From: a virus
Taxonomy: Duplodnaviria; Caudoviricetes
Reading direction: 5' to 3' (one strand)
DNA: 39,403 bases
Virus record (IMG/VR): IMGVR_UViG_3300020149_000002
Location: 1-39,403 of that record
Of this stretch, positions 25,528 to 34,835 are shown piece after piece; position 1 is the stretch's first letter, and each line of letters starts with the position of its first letter. The notes under the pieces are model-generated. The model did not search any database. It was not told the origin of the DNA and saw nothing but the letters and a program-made list of their open reading frames with translations. The translations under genes were made by a program, and so were the position numbers.

Positions 25528-26052
25528 TTAGAGCAGAAACAGACTGTTCCTCAAGTCTTCCGATATTTTTTGCTGCGCACGGCTCACGACCTTCGAAACG
25601 GCCCCTTTTGTAATCTTGAGCAGCGCCGCAATTTCGGAATGAGACAGGCATTGTCCGTGTGCGAGTATGTAGCATTCTCTCTCCTGATCACTTAGCCTGG
25701 ACAAAGCATCCTCGATTTGGAACCGCTGATAATCCGTCAAGCCGGATCGTGATGACGAATGCGTACTTTGCACGTAGGATTGCATAAGCATCGGATCGAC
25801 AAGCTTTTCGCGCTGGTAGCCGGCCCGGCGCTCGATGCCGCGTTTGTTGCCCGGCCGCCTTGCGGTCATCATCCATTCGATGCAGTAACTGACATCTGAC
25901 ATCATCTCGCTTATCGTGATACTTGTGGCGAAATCATTCTCTTTTTCTGCCCGCAATTTAGCCGCTTTCAATCTCCTGTAGGTTCTACGGTATGATTTTC
26001 GGAGATCTGCGATGCTCAGGAGCCAAGGCTTTCCGGGTTTCAGGTCTTCCAT
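25528..26052 (-). CDS. xpf: Xpf-like phage sigma factor / late-gene activator
   Basis: M.SD..Y..EW....R.PG..R.I.RR..YQR...DP plus a sigma region-4 HTH, as recalled for PBSX Xpf. Confidence 0.8.
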   Translation of the reverse strand: MEDLKPGKPWLLSIADLRKSYRRTYRRLKAAKLRAEKENDFATSITISEMMSDVSYCIEWMMTARRPGNKRGIERRAGYQREKLVDPMLMQSYVQSTHSSSRSGLTDYQRFQIEDALSRLSDQERECYILAHGQCLSHSEIAALLKITKGAVSKVVSRAQQKISEDLRNSLFLL

Positions 26053-26073
26053 TGTACCGCCCTCCGTTTCGTT

Positions 26074-26211
26074 TTATGGTGGTGCGTATGCCTGACGCAG
26101 ACGGCAAGGCAGGCAGATGTCGGTGTCAGACTTCGCCCCGCAGGATTTGCAATGTTGCCAAAACAACCAGTCGTGAAGGTTGATGCGGATTGGCGCTTGG
26201 TATCCTCTCAT
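26074..26211 (-). CDS. Small zinc-ribbon protein, 45 aa (not in ORF track)
   Basis: Hand-translated MRGYQAPIRINLHDWLFWQHCKSCGAKSDTDICLPCRLRQAYAPP*; CxxC-x8-CxxC; AGAGGG SD; fills the intergenic gap. Confidence 0.55.
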   Translation of the reverse strand: MRGYQAPIRINLHDWLFWQHCKSCGAKSDTDICLPCRLRQAYAPP

Positions 26212-26226
26212 ATCTGGCCCTCTCTT

Positions 26227-26496
26227 TCACAAGTCTTCGTATTTCTTTTTGGACAACGGTTTTCCGAATGCAAGTTTCGCGCCTTCAAATGTCAAGTAAT
26301 AGTAGCATTGATCGTTGGTCCAGCCGCCGCCTTTTGTTGCAAGTCCTTTGTTTACGAGATCGTTCCAATTCGGGCAATGCACGCTGGTATAATAGCGATT
26401 CCGATACGGCCTTTTCTTATATCCCAAACCGAGCGCATGCTTCATTTCCTCCAATTGCTTAGGTGTTACCTCTATTGATTTCTGTTGATCACTCAT
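26227..26496 (-). CDS. Hypothetical phage protein
   Basis: M.HALGL......YRN.Y....W..LV..GLA; start moved to MSDQQK. Confidence 0.7.
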   Translation of the reverse strand: MSDQQKSIEVTPKQLEEMKHALGLGYKKRPYRNRYYTSVHCPNWNDLVNKGLATKGGGWTNDQCYYYLTFEGAKLAFGKPLSKKKYEDL

Positions 26497-26501
26497 TCGA
26501 T

Positions 26502-26678
26502 TCACCCTTTCCGCAGATTTTTTAAGCGGTAATATGCTGGCTTCTTTCCTGTGTTGTAAGGGTCGGGCCATCGAACAAGGGCTGTTTTCCCTGATTTTGA
26601 TAAACTAAGAACCGTGCCTAACCCCCATAAGATGTTGGGATAGTAGTAAACCCGATCCCGTTCTTTAATATCATTCAT
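26502..26678 (-). CDS. Small hypothetical protein (SH3-like beta barrel?)
   Basis: AAGGAG SD before MNDIKE; GLGTV....K.ALVRW. Confidence 0.55.
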   Translation of the reverse strand: MNDIKERDRVYYYPNILWGLGTVLSLSKSGKTALVRWPDPYNTGKKPAYYRLKNLRKG

Positions 26679-26691
26679 GCGATTATTCTCC

Positions 26692-27138
26692 TTAATCTCC
26701 AAAGATTTTAACTTTATTGCTCCGCAAATATTGAGCGACACCGTTAAGGTCGTCAGTGATTAAATCCGCAAAGCCGTACATGACATCAAAATCGCCGAGC
26801 GGAAATTCTTCCTGATAGATAATCAAATGCTTGCCTTGTCCCTTTGCATATCCAGCTTCCAAGTGAGCCGATTTCCCTGCTGGGAGGATTAGGACTACTG
26901 CTTCCGACCAGTCGATCCAAGCCTTGTCCTCATGAAAGGCATATTGCACTTCCGGCTCCTCCATGACCGTGCGGGCGTCTTTGGCGCTTACATCCGGTAA
27001 TCGATCAAAGCTAAACACGTAACGACCCCCGGATGGATCGCAAAACGCATCCACGATATTCCCCTCTGCTTCAAGCTGTCTTTTGACCTCTTTGACGAGC
27101 TTTTCATTTTTCCACGACGATGCAAGGTATACTTTCAT
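26692..27138 (-). CDS. Nucleoside 2-deoxyribosyltransferase-like protein
   Basis: KVYLASSW...F..D...I...E.VVL.LP.GKSAHLE.GYA.G.GK. Confidence 0.75.
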   Translation of the reverse strand: MKVYLASSWKNEKLVKEVKRQLEAEGNIVDAFCDPSGGRYVFSFDRLPDVSAKDARTVMEEPEVQYAFHEDKAWIDWSEAVVLILPAGKSAHLEAGYAKGQGKHLIIYQEEFPLGDFDVMYGFADLITDDLNGVAQYLRSNKVKIFGD

Positions 27139-27437
27139 TTGCCATCTGCTCCTTTTTCTTTTCTAGTCACCCAAGCGAAGCCGCTGCCCTTCGATAATTC
27201 CTCTATAATGTACGCCGAGCCCTTCGTGAGCCAAGGATTGTCGACAATGGGCAAATATCCATATTTCGTTTCGACGCAACCGATTTCCAGTAGCGGAGAT
27301 TCCGGGTACACGTTCATGACCATGCGCGATATGTCGCGTTTGTTATGTTCGATCATCGGCTGTAGCGCCGCTTCGATTATTGCAATAACACGAGCGTCAA
27401 TCATTCCAGCAAAGCAGGGTAGGTTCGGTGTAGACAA
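27135..27437 (-). CDS. Hypothetical protein
   Basis: ORF packed in the operon; probable start MIDARV. Confidence 0.55.
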   Translation of the reverse strand: MSTPNLPCFAGMIDARVIAIIEAALQPMIEHNKRDISRMVMNVYPESPLLEIGCVETKYGYLPIVDNPWLTKGSAYIIEELSKGSGFAWVTRKEKGADGK

Positions 27438-27672
27438 AGTCAGGACCGATAAATTCCGCCCAGGTCATTTGTTTAAGCGTTCCGTCTTCTTGCCAAAAGT
27501 CCCATTGCTGTTCCGGGTCGATTTCCGAAATATCATGTGGCAGATCCATGATATCCTCGATTTTGTAGTAGTCTCTTCCGGCGCGAGTCAAATGGTCGTT
27601 AAAAGCTTCTTCTGCCGTCTGGGCAGCTATGTATTCCGTCGGGTCTCCGATTGCAAAAATTCTAAAACCCAT
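27397..27672 (-). CDS. Hypothetical acidic protein
   Basis: ORF after dnaB with AAAGGA SD. Confidence 0.65.
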   Translation of the reverse strand: MGFRIFAIGDPTEYIAAQTAEEAFNDHLTRAGRDYYKIEDIMDLPHDISEIDPEQQWDFWQEDGTLKQMTWAEFIGPDFVYTEPTLLCWND

Positions 27673-27675
27673 TTC

Positions 27676-29037
27676 TCATCCCGTCCTTTCAAGATTCACA
27701 AATTTGTTGAACTGCTTGAGGAACGCCAGTTCGACCGTGCCGACCGGACCGTTCCGCTGCTTGGCGATGATGATTTCGATGATGTTCTTCTTCTCGGATT
27801 CCTTGTCGTAATAATCGTCCCGGTAGAGGAACGCAACGATGTCGGCATCCTGCTCGATCGAACCCGATTCGCGCAAGTCGGACATCATCGGCCGTTTGTC
27901 CTGCCGCTGCTCGACGCCCCGGCTGAGCTGAGACAACGCGATAACCGGCACGTTCAGCTCCCGCGCAATCTGCTTGAGCGTCCGCGAAATCTCGGACACC
28001 TCCTGCTGGCGGTTTTCCGCGTTTTTGCGGCCTTTGCGGCTTAATAGTAGCTGCAAGTAGTCAACCACGATCATGTCGAGGCCGGATTCGCGCTGGAGCT
28101 GACGGGCTTTTACGAGTATGTCGAATACGTCCAGCATAGGTGAGTCGTCGATGTAGATATTGGCTTGCGACAGCTTGCTGATCGCGGCAGCCATGCGCTC
28201 CCAGTCATCGGCTTGTAAATATCCCGTTCGCAATCGGCCGGCGTCGATGTTGGCTTCTGCGCTCACCATTCGCTGGACGAGCTGGTCCGCGCCCATCTCC
28301 AGCGAAAAGACGGCAACGCGTTTTTTCTCCCGCACACCAACGTTCTGCGCGATGTTGAGCGCGAAGGCGGTTTTACCGACCGAAGGACGGGCGGCAACGA
28401 TGATCAGGTCCGAGCGCTGGAAGCCGGACGTCATCTTGTCCAGGTCCACGAAACCCGAAGGGATGCCGGTGATGCCGCCGTTTGTCTCGGAAGCAAAATA
28501 TTGTGCCTCGACGTTGCTGTATACATCAAGCGCCACATCGCCAATGGTGCGGAACGTTTTTTTAGGGGCTGCTTGTAGCGCGAGCGCGGCTGCCTGCTCT
28601 TGCATGCCGGCAATAACCTGTGTTGCATCGGCCATCGTGGTAACATCGCTCAGGCTCTGTAGAGAAAGCTGCTTTGCGCGACGCAGGAAATACTTGTCCT
28701 TGATGATGGCGATGTAATACTCCAGATTGGCCGCCGTCGGAACCGAGCTGGCCAGCGAGGACAAAAACTCCACGCCGCCGACTTTGTCGAGCTGCTGGCG
28801 ATCCGCAAGCCGCGTGGTTAACGTGATCATATCAGCCGGTGTGTTATCGGCGATTAGCTCGGCCACTGCCGCAAAAATGTGCTGGTGCGTCTCGCGGAAA
28901 AATTCGTTGCCCGTCAGCTGCTCCAGAGCAGTAACGGCAGCTTGTCCGCTTTGGTCGATCAAGATCGCGCCCAGCACCGCCTGTTCGGCGGATATGGACG
29001 CCGGCATCGCCGTGTTGTCAAGGTATGGATCAGCCAT
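27676..29037 (-). CDS. dnaB: Replicative DNA helicase
   Basis: AEQAVLGAIL, AARPSVGKT, VDYLQL, LSQLSR, SDLRESGSIEQDAD, KQRNGP; start moved to MADPYL. Confidence 0.97.
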   Translation of the reverse strand: MADPYLDNTAMPASISAEQAVLGAILIDQSGQAAVTALEQLTGNEFFRETHQHIFAAVAELIADNTPADMITLTTRLADRQQLDKVGGVEFLSSLASSVPTAANLEYYIAIIKDKYFLRRAKQLSLQSLSDVTTMADATQVIAGMQEQAAALALQAAPKKTFRTIGDVALDVYSNVEAQYFASETNGGITGIPSGFVDLDKMTSGFQRSDLIIVAARPSVGKTAFALNIAQNVGVREKKRVAVFSLEMGADQLVQRMVSAEANIDAGRLRTGYLQADDWERMAAAISKLSQANIYIDDSPMLDVFDILVKARQLQRESGLDMIVVDYLQLLLSRKGRKNAENRQQEVSEISRTLKQIARELNVPVIALSQLSRGVEQRQDKRPMMSDLRESGSIEQDADIVAFLYRDDYYDKESEKKNIIEIIIAKQRNGPVGTVELAFLKQFNKFVNLERTG

Positions 29038-29341
29038 GCTGGACCGCCGATCTGGCCGGCGGGGGCGCGGCCGTCCGTCGCCATGCTTCGATGTCGGCGA
29101 TATGTTGCGCCGCGTCGGATTTGAGCTGTATTTGCTCTTGCGACGTACCAATCAAATCGGCAATAGCCGGTGGGAACTTGTCTTTGGCGATATGGCCCCG
29201 TAGTCGCTCCTCTGCCGCAGCGTAGTCTACATGCTGTAGTTGATCGTGCCAGAGCATAACTTTGTTGCGATCACTTCCGTCGAAGCTTGGGTACGCATAG
29301 ACGATGAGCTTGAATAGCTTTACGATTTCGGCAGGTGTCAT
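29030..29341 (-). CDS. Helicase loader/inhibitor (G39P-like)
   Basis: MT..E...L...I..AYP.F.....W...L..V.Y......L..H....KFPP.IADL; between initiator and dnaB. Confidence 0.8.
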   Translation of the reverse strand: MTPAEIVKLFKLIVYAYPSFDGSDRNKVMLWHDQLQHVDYAAAEERLRGHIAKDKFPPAIADLIGTSQEQIQLKSDAAQHIADIEAWRRTAAPPPARSAVQHG

Positions 29342-29344
29342 AGG

Positions 29345-30190
29345 TCACTCAAACTCCTTTTCCAACTGGTCAAGGTAATTGATTTGCTGTTGTTGCTTGC
29401 TGCTTCGCCGATTTCCAAGGGCGACTGCTACGTGCGGCACCGCGGCAGTTATGGTTTCGTTCGGCAATTTACTTCGTTCCCATTCGCTGTAACAGCGAGG
29501 GATGCAGTACACGACGGATCTTATCTCGTCTCGCGCATGCTTTGGCTTATATTCGGCGAATGACTTATCGATGGCTGCCCGGATGATATCCAGCGGTATG
29601 CCGTCGATGACCATTTTTTTTATTTCCGCCAGATCGGCTGGGCTTACGCTGAACCCCTTGCCCCTCCGCGCAAGAAAATGTTGTTCGACCTCCAACGCAA
29701 TTTGCATCACGTCCGAATCATTAACAACAACATCTTTTAAGACCTTAATATCTTTATTAGATGGCTCATTTATGACCTCTTGATGGTCCAGTTCTGCACC
29801 TTCTGACCCCTCGGGATGGCTCATTTTCGAGCTATCCGCGCTAGGTGATGGCTCATTTATGACCTTACCGTTAATGCCGAATTTTTTGCTTTTTCTGACC
29901 GATAAAATCAAGCCGTAAGGGGCTCGCTTAGTGGTTATGTAGTCGTAACCCTGGAGCACCTTGATCCACCTTTTCACTGTTGACCGATTAACCCCGTAGT
30001 TGGCGGCTATGCTGTCGATCTCTATAGGCATGCCGCCCAAGACGATACCCCAGGTTTCCCCATCTCGTTCGGTTTCCCTTGTCGTGGCCCCGATACACCA
30101 GAGGAACAACCATATGGCATTGCCGATCTGGCTGTAATGCCTTGGTTCAAGCAAGCCGGAGAAAATCGGTATCGGATGGCTGTCTGACAA
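29345..30190 (-). CDS. Phage replication initiator protein
   Basis: N-terminal winged HTH, linker carrying iteron repeats, DnaD-like C-terminus; upstream of loader and helicase. Confidence 0.8.
   Translation of the reverse strand: MSDSHPIPIFSGLLEPRHYSQIGNAIWLFLWCIGATTRETERDGETWGIVLGGMPIEIDSIAANYGVNRSTVKRWIKVLQGYDYITTKRAPYGLILSVRKSKKFGINGKVINEPSPSADSSKMSHPEGSEGAELDHQEVINEPSNKDIKVLKDVVVNDSDVMQIALEVEQHFLARRGKGFSVSPADLAEIKKMVIDGIPLDIIRAAIDKSFAEYKPKHARDEIRSVVYCIPRCYSEWERSKLPNETITAAVPHVAVALGNRRSSKQQQQINYLDQLEKEFE
29720..29865. repeat. Replication origin: iterons plus AT-rich tract inside the initiator gene
   Basis: GATGGCTCATTTATGACCT exact at 29760-29778 and 29847-29865; variants at 29782-29801 and 29815-29833; AT-rich 29720-29760. 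Confidence 0.75.
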
Positions 30191-30208
30191 GATATATTCC
30201 TCCCTTCC

Positions 30209-30515
30209 TCAGTCCCGATAATGCCCCCATGTTCCTGGCCATCCGTGCGAAAGTTTCTCGCCTTCGATCACTCGCAATTCGTCGAAATCGAACGGCGATA
30301 TAAAGCAGGCCGGATCATATTCAACGATCGTGCGCCCCCTTCGAACTCGTACCATATCGAGGGGGTTTGTCTTCGTAACACCACGGGCCAGTACTGGTGA
30401 CTTTGTCGACAACGTATCGAGCTCCGAATGAGTGGCGAAGCGAATCTGTTTTTATGTATTCGCACAGATCGCCCCGCCGGAATGATGGTTGGTCGAAAAA
30501 GAAAAAGAAGAACAT
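30209..30515 (-). other. Small hypothetical gene(s), possibly one frameshifted gene
   Basis: Three overlapping short ORFs; the frame cannot be resolved by eye. Confidence 0.3.
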
Positions 30516-31558
30516 TACGCATCAAGTGAAGCCTTCATTTGATCGCAAAGCTTGGCAATAGCTCCGCGCAAACTCGCTCGCTCACCCTCATTGCCGACCT
30601 TCACAATGGACTTGAGGAGCAGATCAAAATTGTTGACCAACGTTTCAAAGCAGAGCTGTACCTCGATCGCCGCCTTATTGTCGTTCTCTTGGAGCAATTG
30701 CTTCATCTCGGCAATCTGTCGCCGAGCTTCCTCCTCTTTTTGTTGAATACAGTCATTCAACTCCAACTCGCGCCGACGCAAATCCTCCAGTTCCTTTTGC
30801 GTAGCCTCAGGGACAACCTCGACCGTTACCGTGGCCGGCACATCAATCGGTTTAGCCTTAATGGCTTCATCCAGTTCCTTGATGCGCTTTTTGCTTTCGG
30901 CCAGATCGGCCTTCGCTTTCTTAAGGTCATCCTTGAGCTTGGTGGCCGCCTTGTCGTCGGCGGTGCTATCCAGATCGGCCTGCAGCTTGTTGATTTGCTC
31001 CTCTTGCTCCTGGCGCAGCTTCAATTCTGTTTGGTAATGTCCGTGAAGCGCTTCGCGGGCCGCTTTTTCCTGCTCCGCTCGGGCCTCCGCCTCCGCAGCC
31101 TTGGCTTGCTCCTCTTTGAGCCGCTGTTCGAGCTCTTGTTTTGCCTTGATCGCCGCTTGCAATTCGCGCGAGGACATATCCTCGACGTCGTTTTCCGTGA
31201 CAAATTGCTCACGCTCCTCCGCCGGCACGCTGAGCAACTGCACGGCTTGCGTGTACGAGATATTGCTCAGCGCCAACGGCGATTGAGCGTACTCATCCGC
31301 GACGCGCATAAAGTTGTTGGCCGTCGACTGGCTGTAATCGACATTGTCTTTCAGCCACTTGCCCCACTCACCGTGCGACACCAGCGCTTTGGCCTCGTTC
31401 AGCTTATTGCCGATCTCGATGGCCGAGTGCATGACGTACTGCCGCGCTTGGCCATCGATAAAACGAATTTCAGCGGCAATGGTCTCCGGTGTTCTGTTTG
31501 CAACGACCGAGTCCACCTCTACCGGCGCCGCTACCGCGCTTTTTTTTGCTTTGGTCAT
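30515..31558 (-). CDS. DUF3102-domain coiled-coil protein
   Basis: IEIG..L.EAK.L..HGEWGKWL...V.YSQ.TA..FM; long coiled coil. Confidence 0.85.
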   Translation of the reverse strand: MTKAKKSAVAAPVEVDSVVANRTPETIAAEIRFIDGQARQYVMHSAIEIGNKLNEAKALVSHGEWGKWLKDNVDYSQSTANNFMRVADEYAQSPLALSNISYTQAVQLLSVPAEEREQFVTENDVEDMSSRELQAAIKAKQELEQRLKEEQAKAAEAEARAEQEKAAREALHGHYQTELKLRQEQEEQINKLQADLDSTADDKAATKLKDDLKKAKADLAESKKRIKELDEAIKAKPIDVPATVTVEVVPEATQKELEDLRRRELELNDCIQQKEEEARRQIAEMKQLLQENDNKAAIEVQLCFETLVNNFDLLLKSIVKVGNEGERASLRGAIAKLCDQMKASLDA

Positions 31559-33153
31559 ACTGCTGTTGCCCCCTGTCTATTTTTCATTTGTTTTGCTTTC
31601 TTCTTATAGAAAGCGAAGAACGCATTCACAGCCTCTTGAACCTCTGGTGTCATGGCACAATGTTTGAATCCATGACATTGAACGATCCTATCATCGTTGA
31701 TCTCCAACGTGTAAAAGGGCTTATCCAGCTCGGCGGCCTGGCGAATGAGGAAAATGTTTGTTTTGCCCTCGGCATAGCGCCCCGAATAGCCGCCCACGCA
31801 ATGCTCCAGGGTTTTGCCTTCGACGAACAATTCGCCGGATGAAGCGGCTGGCCGAAAAATCAAGTCCATATGCTCGAAGCGATAGGCGTTTAATTCCTCG
31901 GTGAGCCTCCGCTCGATCTTGCCATTTAGCCTTTTGTCCTTCTTTTGCCTGATTCGCTCGAAGGTTTTGGTATGCGCCTCCTTTAAGTTGTTGGGAAACA
32001 AGTAGCGTTCCTGCTTCAAATCCATACCTAGTTGCACGCACTCACGCTGATAGTCAAGCCAAGCGATGGCCGCGCTTGTCGCGTTGGAATAATGATTGTT
32101 TCTGACTTGCTTGAGAATATATTTAGTCATTTCCTCTTCCGTGGTTCGTTTTAAAAATTCAGCGATGTAATATTTTTGGTAATAATCATCATCGATGTCG
32201 GCCAAGACAAAAGCGTCTGCCAAAGCAAGCCTTTTCCCGGCTTTCTTGGATTTTTGAAAAAAATGCAGTTGTTTGGGCGTGAAGGACAAACCCGAATCGC
32301 GGAGTTCCCGCAGTTCCAATTTAGTTAAGCGCAAAACCTTTTGCAGTGTTTTTCCTTGCCAGTAGATGGCGCCGTAAGTGGGCTCGTCGTGAAGCTTTGC
32401 CTCCACAACCTTGCGGAATCCGGCTTTTGTTAGATATTCGACGCACGGATAGCTGGCGGCCAAATCAAAGAACTCCACCATATCTGATACAAAGTCTGGA
32501 TTCCTGTAAGTCGTATATTGCTCCCATGTCGAGTACTGGAATGGCGTGCCGCTCGCAGCCGCCCGAATGTTCTCGATGGATTTATAGCTGAGCCTGGTAA
32601 AATAGTGTTTGCCAACCTGCGTACGAGGCTTTTTAGCAAACTCCCAGCCATCAAGAAAATAAGTACACCGATTCGAGAAAAACCCTGATCTGTAGTGACT
32701 CCGAAGTGCCATGACAGCCGAACCGGCTGCAAACACACAACGCATGACGGGAGTGAATTTGGTTTCGATATCTACGCCCTCCCTGTAGTCACGTATAATT
32801 TTGTAACCGGTACATACCATCGCTTTAGGATCGACAAGAGATTTTTCGTACCAAACTACATAGCCTCGACCAACTAATTTCCCGCGGCCAAGGCCCGAAC
32901 TTTTAACGATAACCATTGATTTGCAGCTATCACATCTCCACGATTCGTTATGTTTAAGCGCTTTAGTCGATTTAATAATGCGATCCTGCTTGCAATGCGT
33001 ACAGAAGCCACGCTGTATCGTTGTACTGCCGAGGCGCTGAACGAATAGATATCTGCTGCCAATGAGACACTCTTCATGCACGAAATTTATAAGATCAGAG
33101 CTGATGTCCTTTGGAAAGTGGGCGTCAAAATCTTCAAATCGATTTTCAGCCAT
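31555..33153 (-). CDS. PcfJ-domain protein
   Basis: Zn-finger N-terminus; C-terminal DY..C..LG.DL...FP..L..AH and EG..L.HCVG.Y...I..IR.....PFYTLE. Confidence 0.85.
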   Translation of the reverse strand: MAENRFEDFDAHFPKDISSDLINFVHEECLIGSRYLFVQRLGSTTIQRGFCTHCKQDRIIKSTKALKHNESWRCDSCKSMVIVKSSGLGRGKLVGRGYVVWYEKSLVDPKAMVCTGYKIIRDYREGVDIETKFTPVMRCVFAAGSAVMALRSHYRSGFFSNRCTYFLDGWEFAKKPRTQVGKHYFTRLSYKSIENIRAAASGTPFQYSTWEQYTTYRNPDFVSDMVEFFDLAASYPCVEYLTKAGFRKVVEAKLHDEPTYGAIYWQGKTLQKVLRLTKLELRELRDSGLSFTPKQLHFFQKSKKAGKRLALADAFVLADIDDDYYQKYYIAEFLKRTTEEEMTKYILKQVRNNHYSNATSAAIAWLDYQRECVQLGMDLKQERYLFPNNLKEAHTKTFERIRQKKDKRLNGKIERRLTEELNAYRFEHMDLIFRPAASSGELFVEGKTLEHCVGGYSGRYAEGKTNIFLIRQAAELDKPFYTLEINDDRIVQCHGFKHCAMTPEVQEAVNAFFAFYKKKAKQMKNRQGATAV

Positions 33154-33160
33154 ACCACAA

Positions 33161-33484
33161 TCACCCCAACAAATCTTTCAGATTGGCGCTAAACCCGACC
33201 GGCCTGGGCGCCGGAGCAACTGGCTGAGGCTCGATGCCGTAATATTTCATGACGATCTCCATTCCTTCGTCGGAGCTTAAGCCGTTTGTTCGGGTCTTCA
33301 AAGCCTCTTTCCAGATAGCCTCATAACTGCCCTTGAGGCTCTTGCTTTCATCAGCAAACAAGTATGCCTTATCTGGATTGTTGCGAAGGAATTTAATCAA
33401 TTCACTTCCGATGTACGCAAGTGAGCGGTCTTTGGGATTCTCTCCGATCTCCTTCTGAATCTTCTGCAACGCTTCTTGCAACAT
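33161..33484 (-). CDS. PcfK-like protein (family related to AcrIIA9)
   Basis: KSL.G.Y..I..EA.......SD.E...V..YY motif; directly upstream of pcfJ. Confidence 0.6.
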   Translation of the reverse strand: MLQEALQKIQKEIGENPKDRSLAYIGSELIKFLRNNPDKAYLFADESKSLKGSYEAIWKEALKTRTNGLSSDEGMEIVMKYYGIEPQPVAPAPRPVGFSANLKDLLG

Positions 33485-33547
33485 ACGATCCCTCCTTGCC
33501 AAGATTGATAGATAGGCTGGCAGGTTGTGGGCCTGCCAGCGCTGGAA

Positions 33548-34258
33548 TTACCCGATGATGACGACCCTACCGCTTTGGATCTGCTCGTCCAGTTCGTCTT
33601 TCAAGTAGTCCTTGATGTCCGCAATCGCTCGAAGTTTCCATGCCCCCCCGTCCGCTTCGAACAAAGCGGCTGACGGACCGTTTTTCATGCGAAAAACGAA
33701 GGCTGATTCTGGTTGTGTGATTTCCACGAACGTGCGGAATGGTTTCAGGAGAACCGGGTTAGGCACGACCACGGCCGATACCGTCGCAACCCCAGATCTT
33801 GCCGTTACCATTTGCGAAATGCCATCGTCGCCGACCGTCTGAACAGCTTCTTCCCTGATGTTACCGACGACCTTGAGCAAGTCGTCACGATGGTCATTCC
33901 GCACGAAGCAGGATTGAAGGAGAACGTTGAACGACTCCACATCATGGAAACGCTCGAAGGGAATCGTCGGCAACAACGCCTTGGCTGTGAGCAGCACGTT
34001 GCGCTGCATATCCCGGTTGTAGGTGCTCATGACGTTAACTTCCGTTGGGCTGGCTACCTGGATCAATACAGGCGGCTGGTCGTCGTAATTGGATTTGACG
34101 TAATCGATGAGGCCGTTGAGGTTATGGACTTTGACGGCATCCGGCGTCGCTTGCTCGATCAGGTTCAGCGGCTGCGCGGAAAAGACTTGACTGGCAACCT
34201 CTTTCGTTTCACTTCCTTGGAATGCACTGATGATGTACTGCAAAGCTTCTTTGATCAT
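33548..34258 (-). CDS. Conserved phage early protein
   Basis: MIKEALQY...DDG.SQ.V....G...VPNPV.L.PFRTF.E..QPES.FVFR.....ALFEADGGAWK. Confidence 0.75.
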   Translation of the reverse strand: MIKEALQYIISAFQGSETKEVASQVFSAQPLNLIEQATPDAVKVHNLNGLIDYVKSNYDDQPPVLIQVASPTEVNVMSTYNRDMQRNVLLTAKALLPTIPFERFHDVESFNVLLQSCFVRNDHRDDLLKVVGNIREEAVQTVGDDGISQMVTARSGVATVSAVVVPNPVLLKPFRTFVEITQPESAFVFRMKNGPSAALFEADGGAWKLRAIADIKDYLKDELDEQIQSGRVVIIG

Positions 34259-34278
34259 TTTGCTACCTCCGAGTTGGA

Positions 34279-34644
34279 TTATCTAAAATTGCCGTTGACC
34301 ACCTTGCTGCCGCGGTCATCCGCAACGTCGCCGTCGTTGTCGACCATAAGCTGGTTGCGATCGGCAGACTGCAGCTCCGCCATGACGGCTTTGCCAGCCC
34401 TGTCGTAGTCAAAAATAAACTGCGCCGGGATGCCGCGGGTTGGAGCCAGCGCCGACTTCACTTGGATGTCGGTGACGCCAAGTTGCCGCGTCTCATTGGG
34501 TTTAATCTTGATGGTCACGGTTACGGTGCGCACAGCGTCCGGCTTGGTGTTAGGGTCCATGACGTTTTCAGCCACACGCTGCAGCTCGCGATTCAATCGC
34601 TCCGCTACCGCCCCCCCGGATAGGGTGTTGATGTTGATGTCCAT
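34279..34644 (-). CDS. Conserved phage early protein (partner of the downstream gene)
   Basis: GA..ER.N.EL..V.EN..DPNT....R...VT..I.P; start moved to MDININ. Confidence 0.7.
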   Translation of the reverse strand: MDININTLSGGAVAERLNRELQRVAENVMDPNTKPDAVRTVTVTIKIKPNETRQLGVTDIQVKSALAPTRGIPAQFIFDYDRAGKAVMAELQSADRNQLMVDNDGDVADDRGSKVVNGNFR

Positions 34645-34649
34645 AGTTA

Positions 34650-34835
34650 TCACCTGCCTTTCCTGATAGGTGCCCGCTCGATGACCTCCGTCACGGCGGA
34701 ACCAAACAAAAAGAGGCGTTTGCCGTCCGAATCGCGCAGCAAGCAGATAAATGAGCGAGCCACGCCCCATGTGTCAACAACCTCTCCGGTGTCACCAGAG
34801 CTTGTCCGCACTTTGTCCCCTTTTAGCACAATCAC
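34650..34835 (-). CDS. Small hypothetical protein
   Basis: GTG start with GGGAGG SD; KGD.V....G.V..WG. Confidence 0.65.
   Translation of the reverse strand: MIVLKGDKVRTSSGDTGEVVDTWGVARSFICLLRDSDGKRLFLFGSAVTEVIERAPIRKGR

Noticed and set aside
27139-28717. Long + strand ORFs (301 aa and 185 aa)
   Set aside because: Antisense shadows of dnaB and neighbouring genes
30539-31609. 356-aa + strand ORF
   Set aside because: Antisense shadow of the coiled-coil DUF3102 gene
33514-33540. GCTGGCAGG/CCTGCCAGC hairpin as a terminator or second ribozyme
   Set aside because: No U-tract and no catalytic core; at most a processing or stability stem
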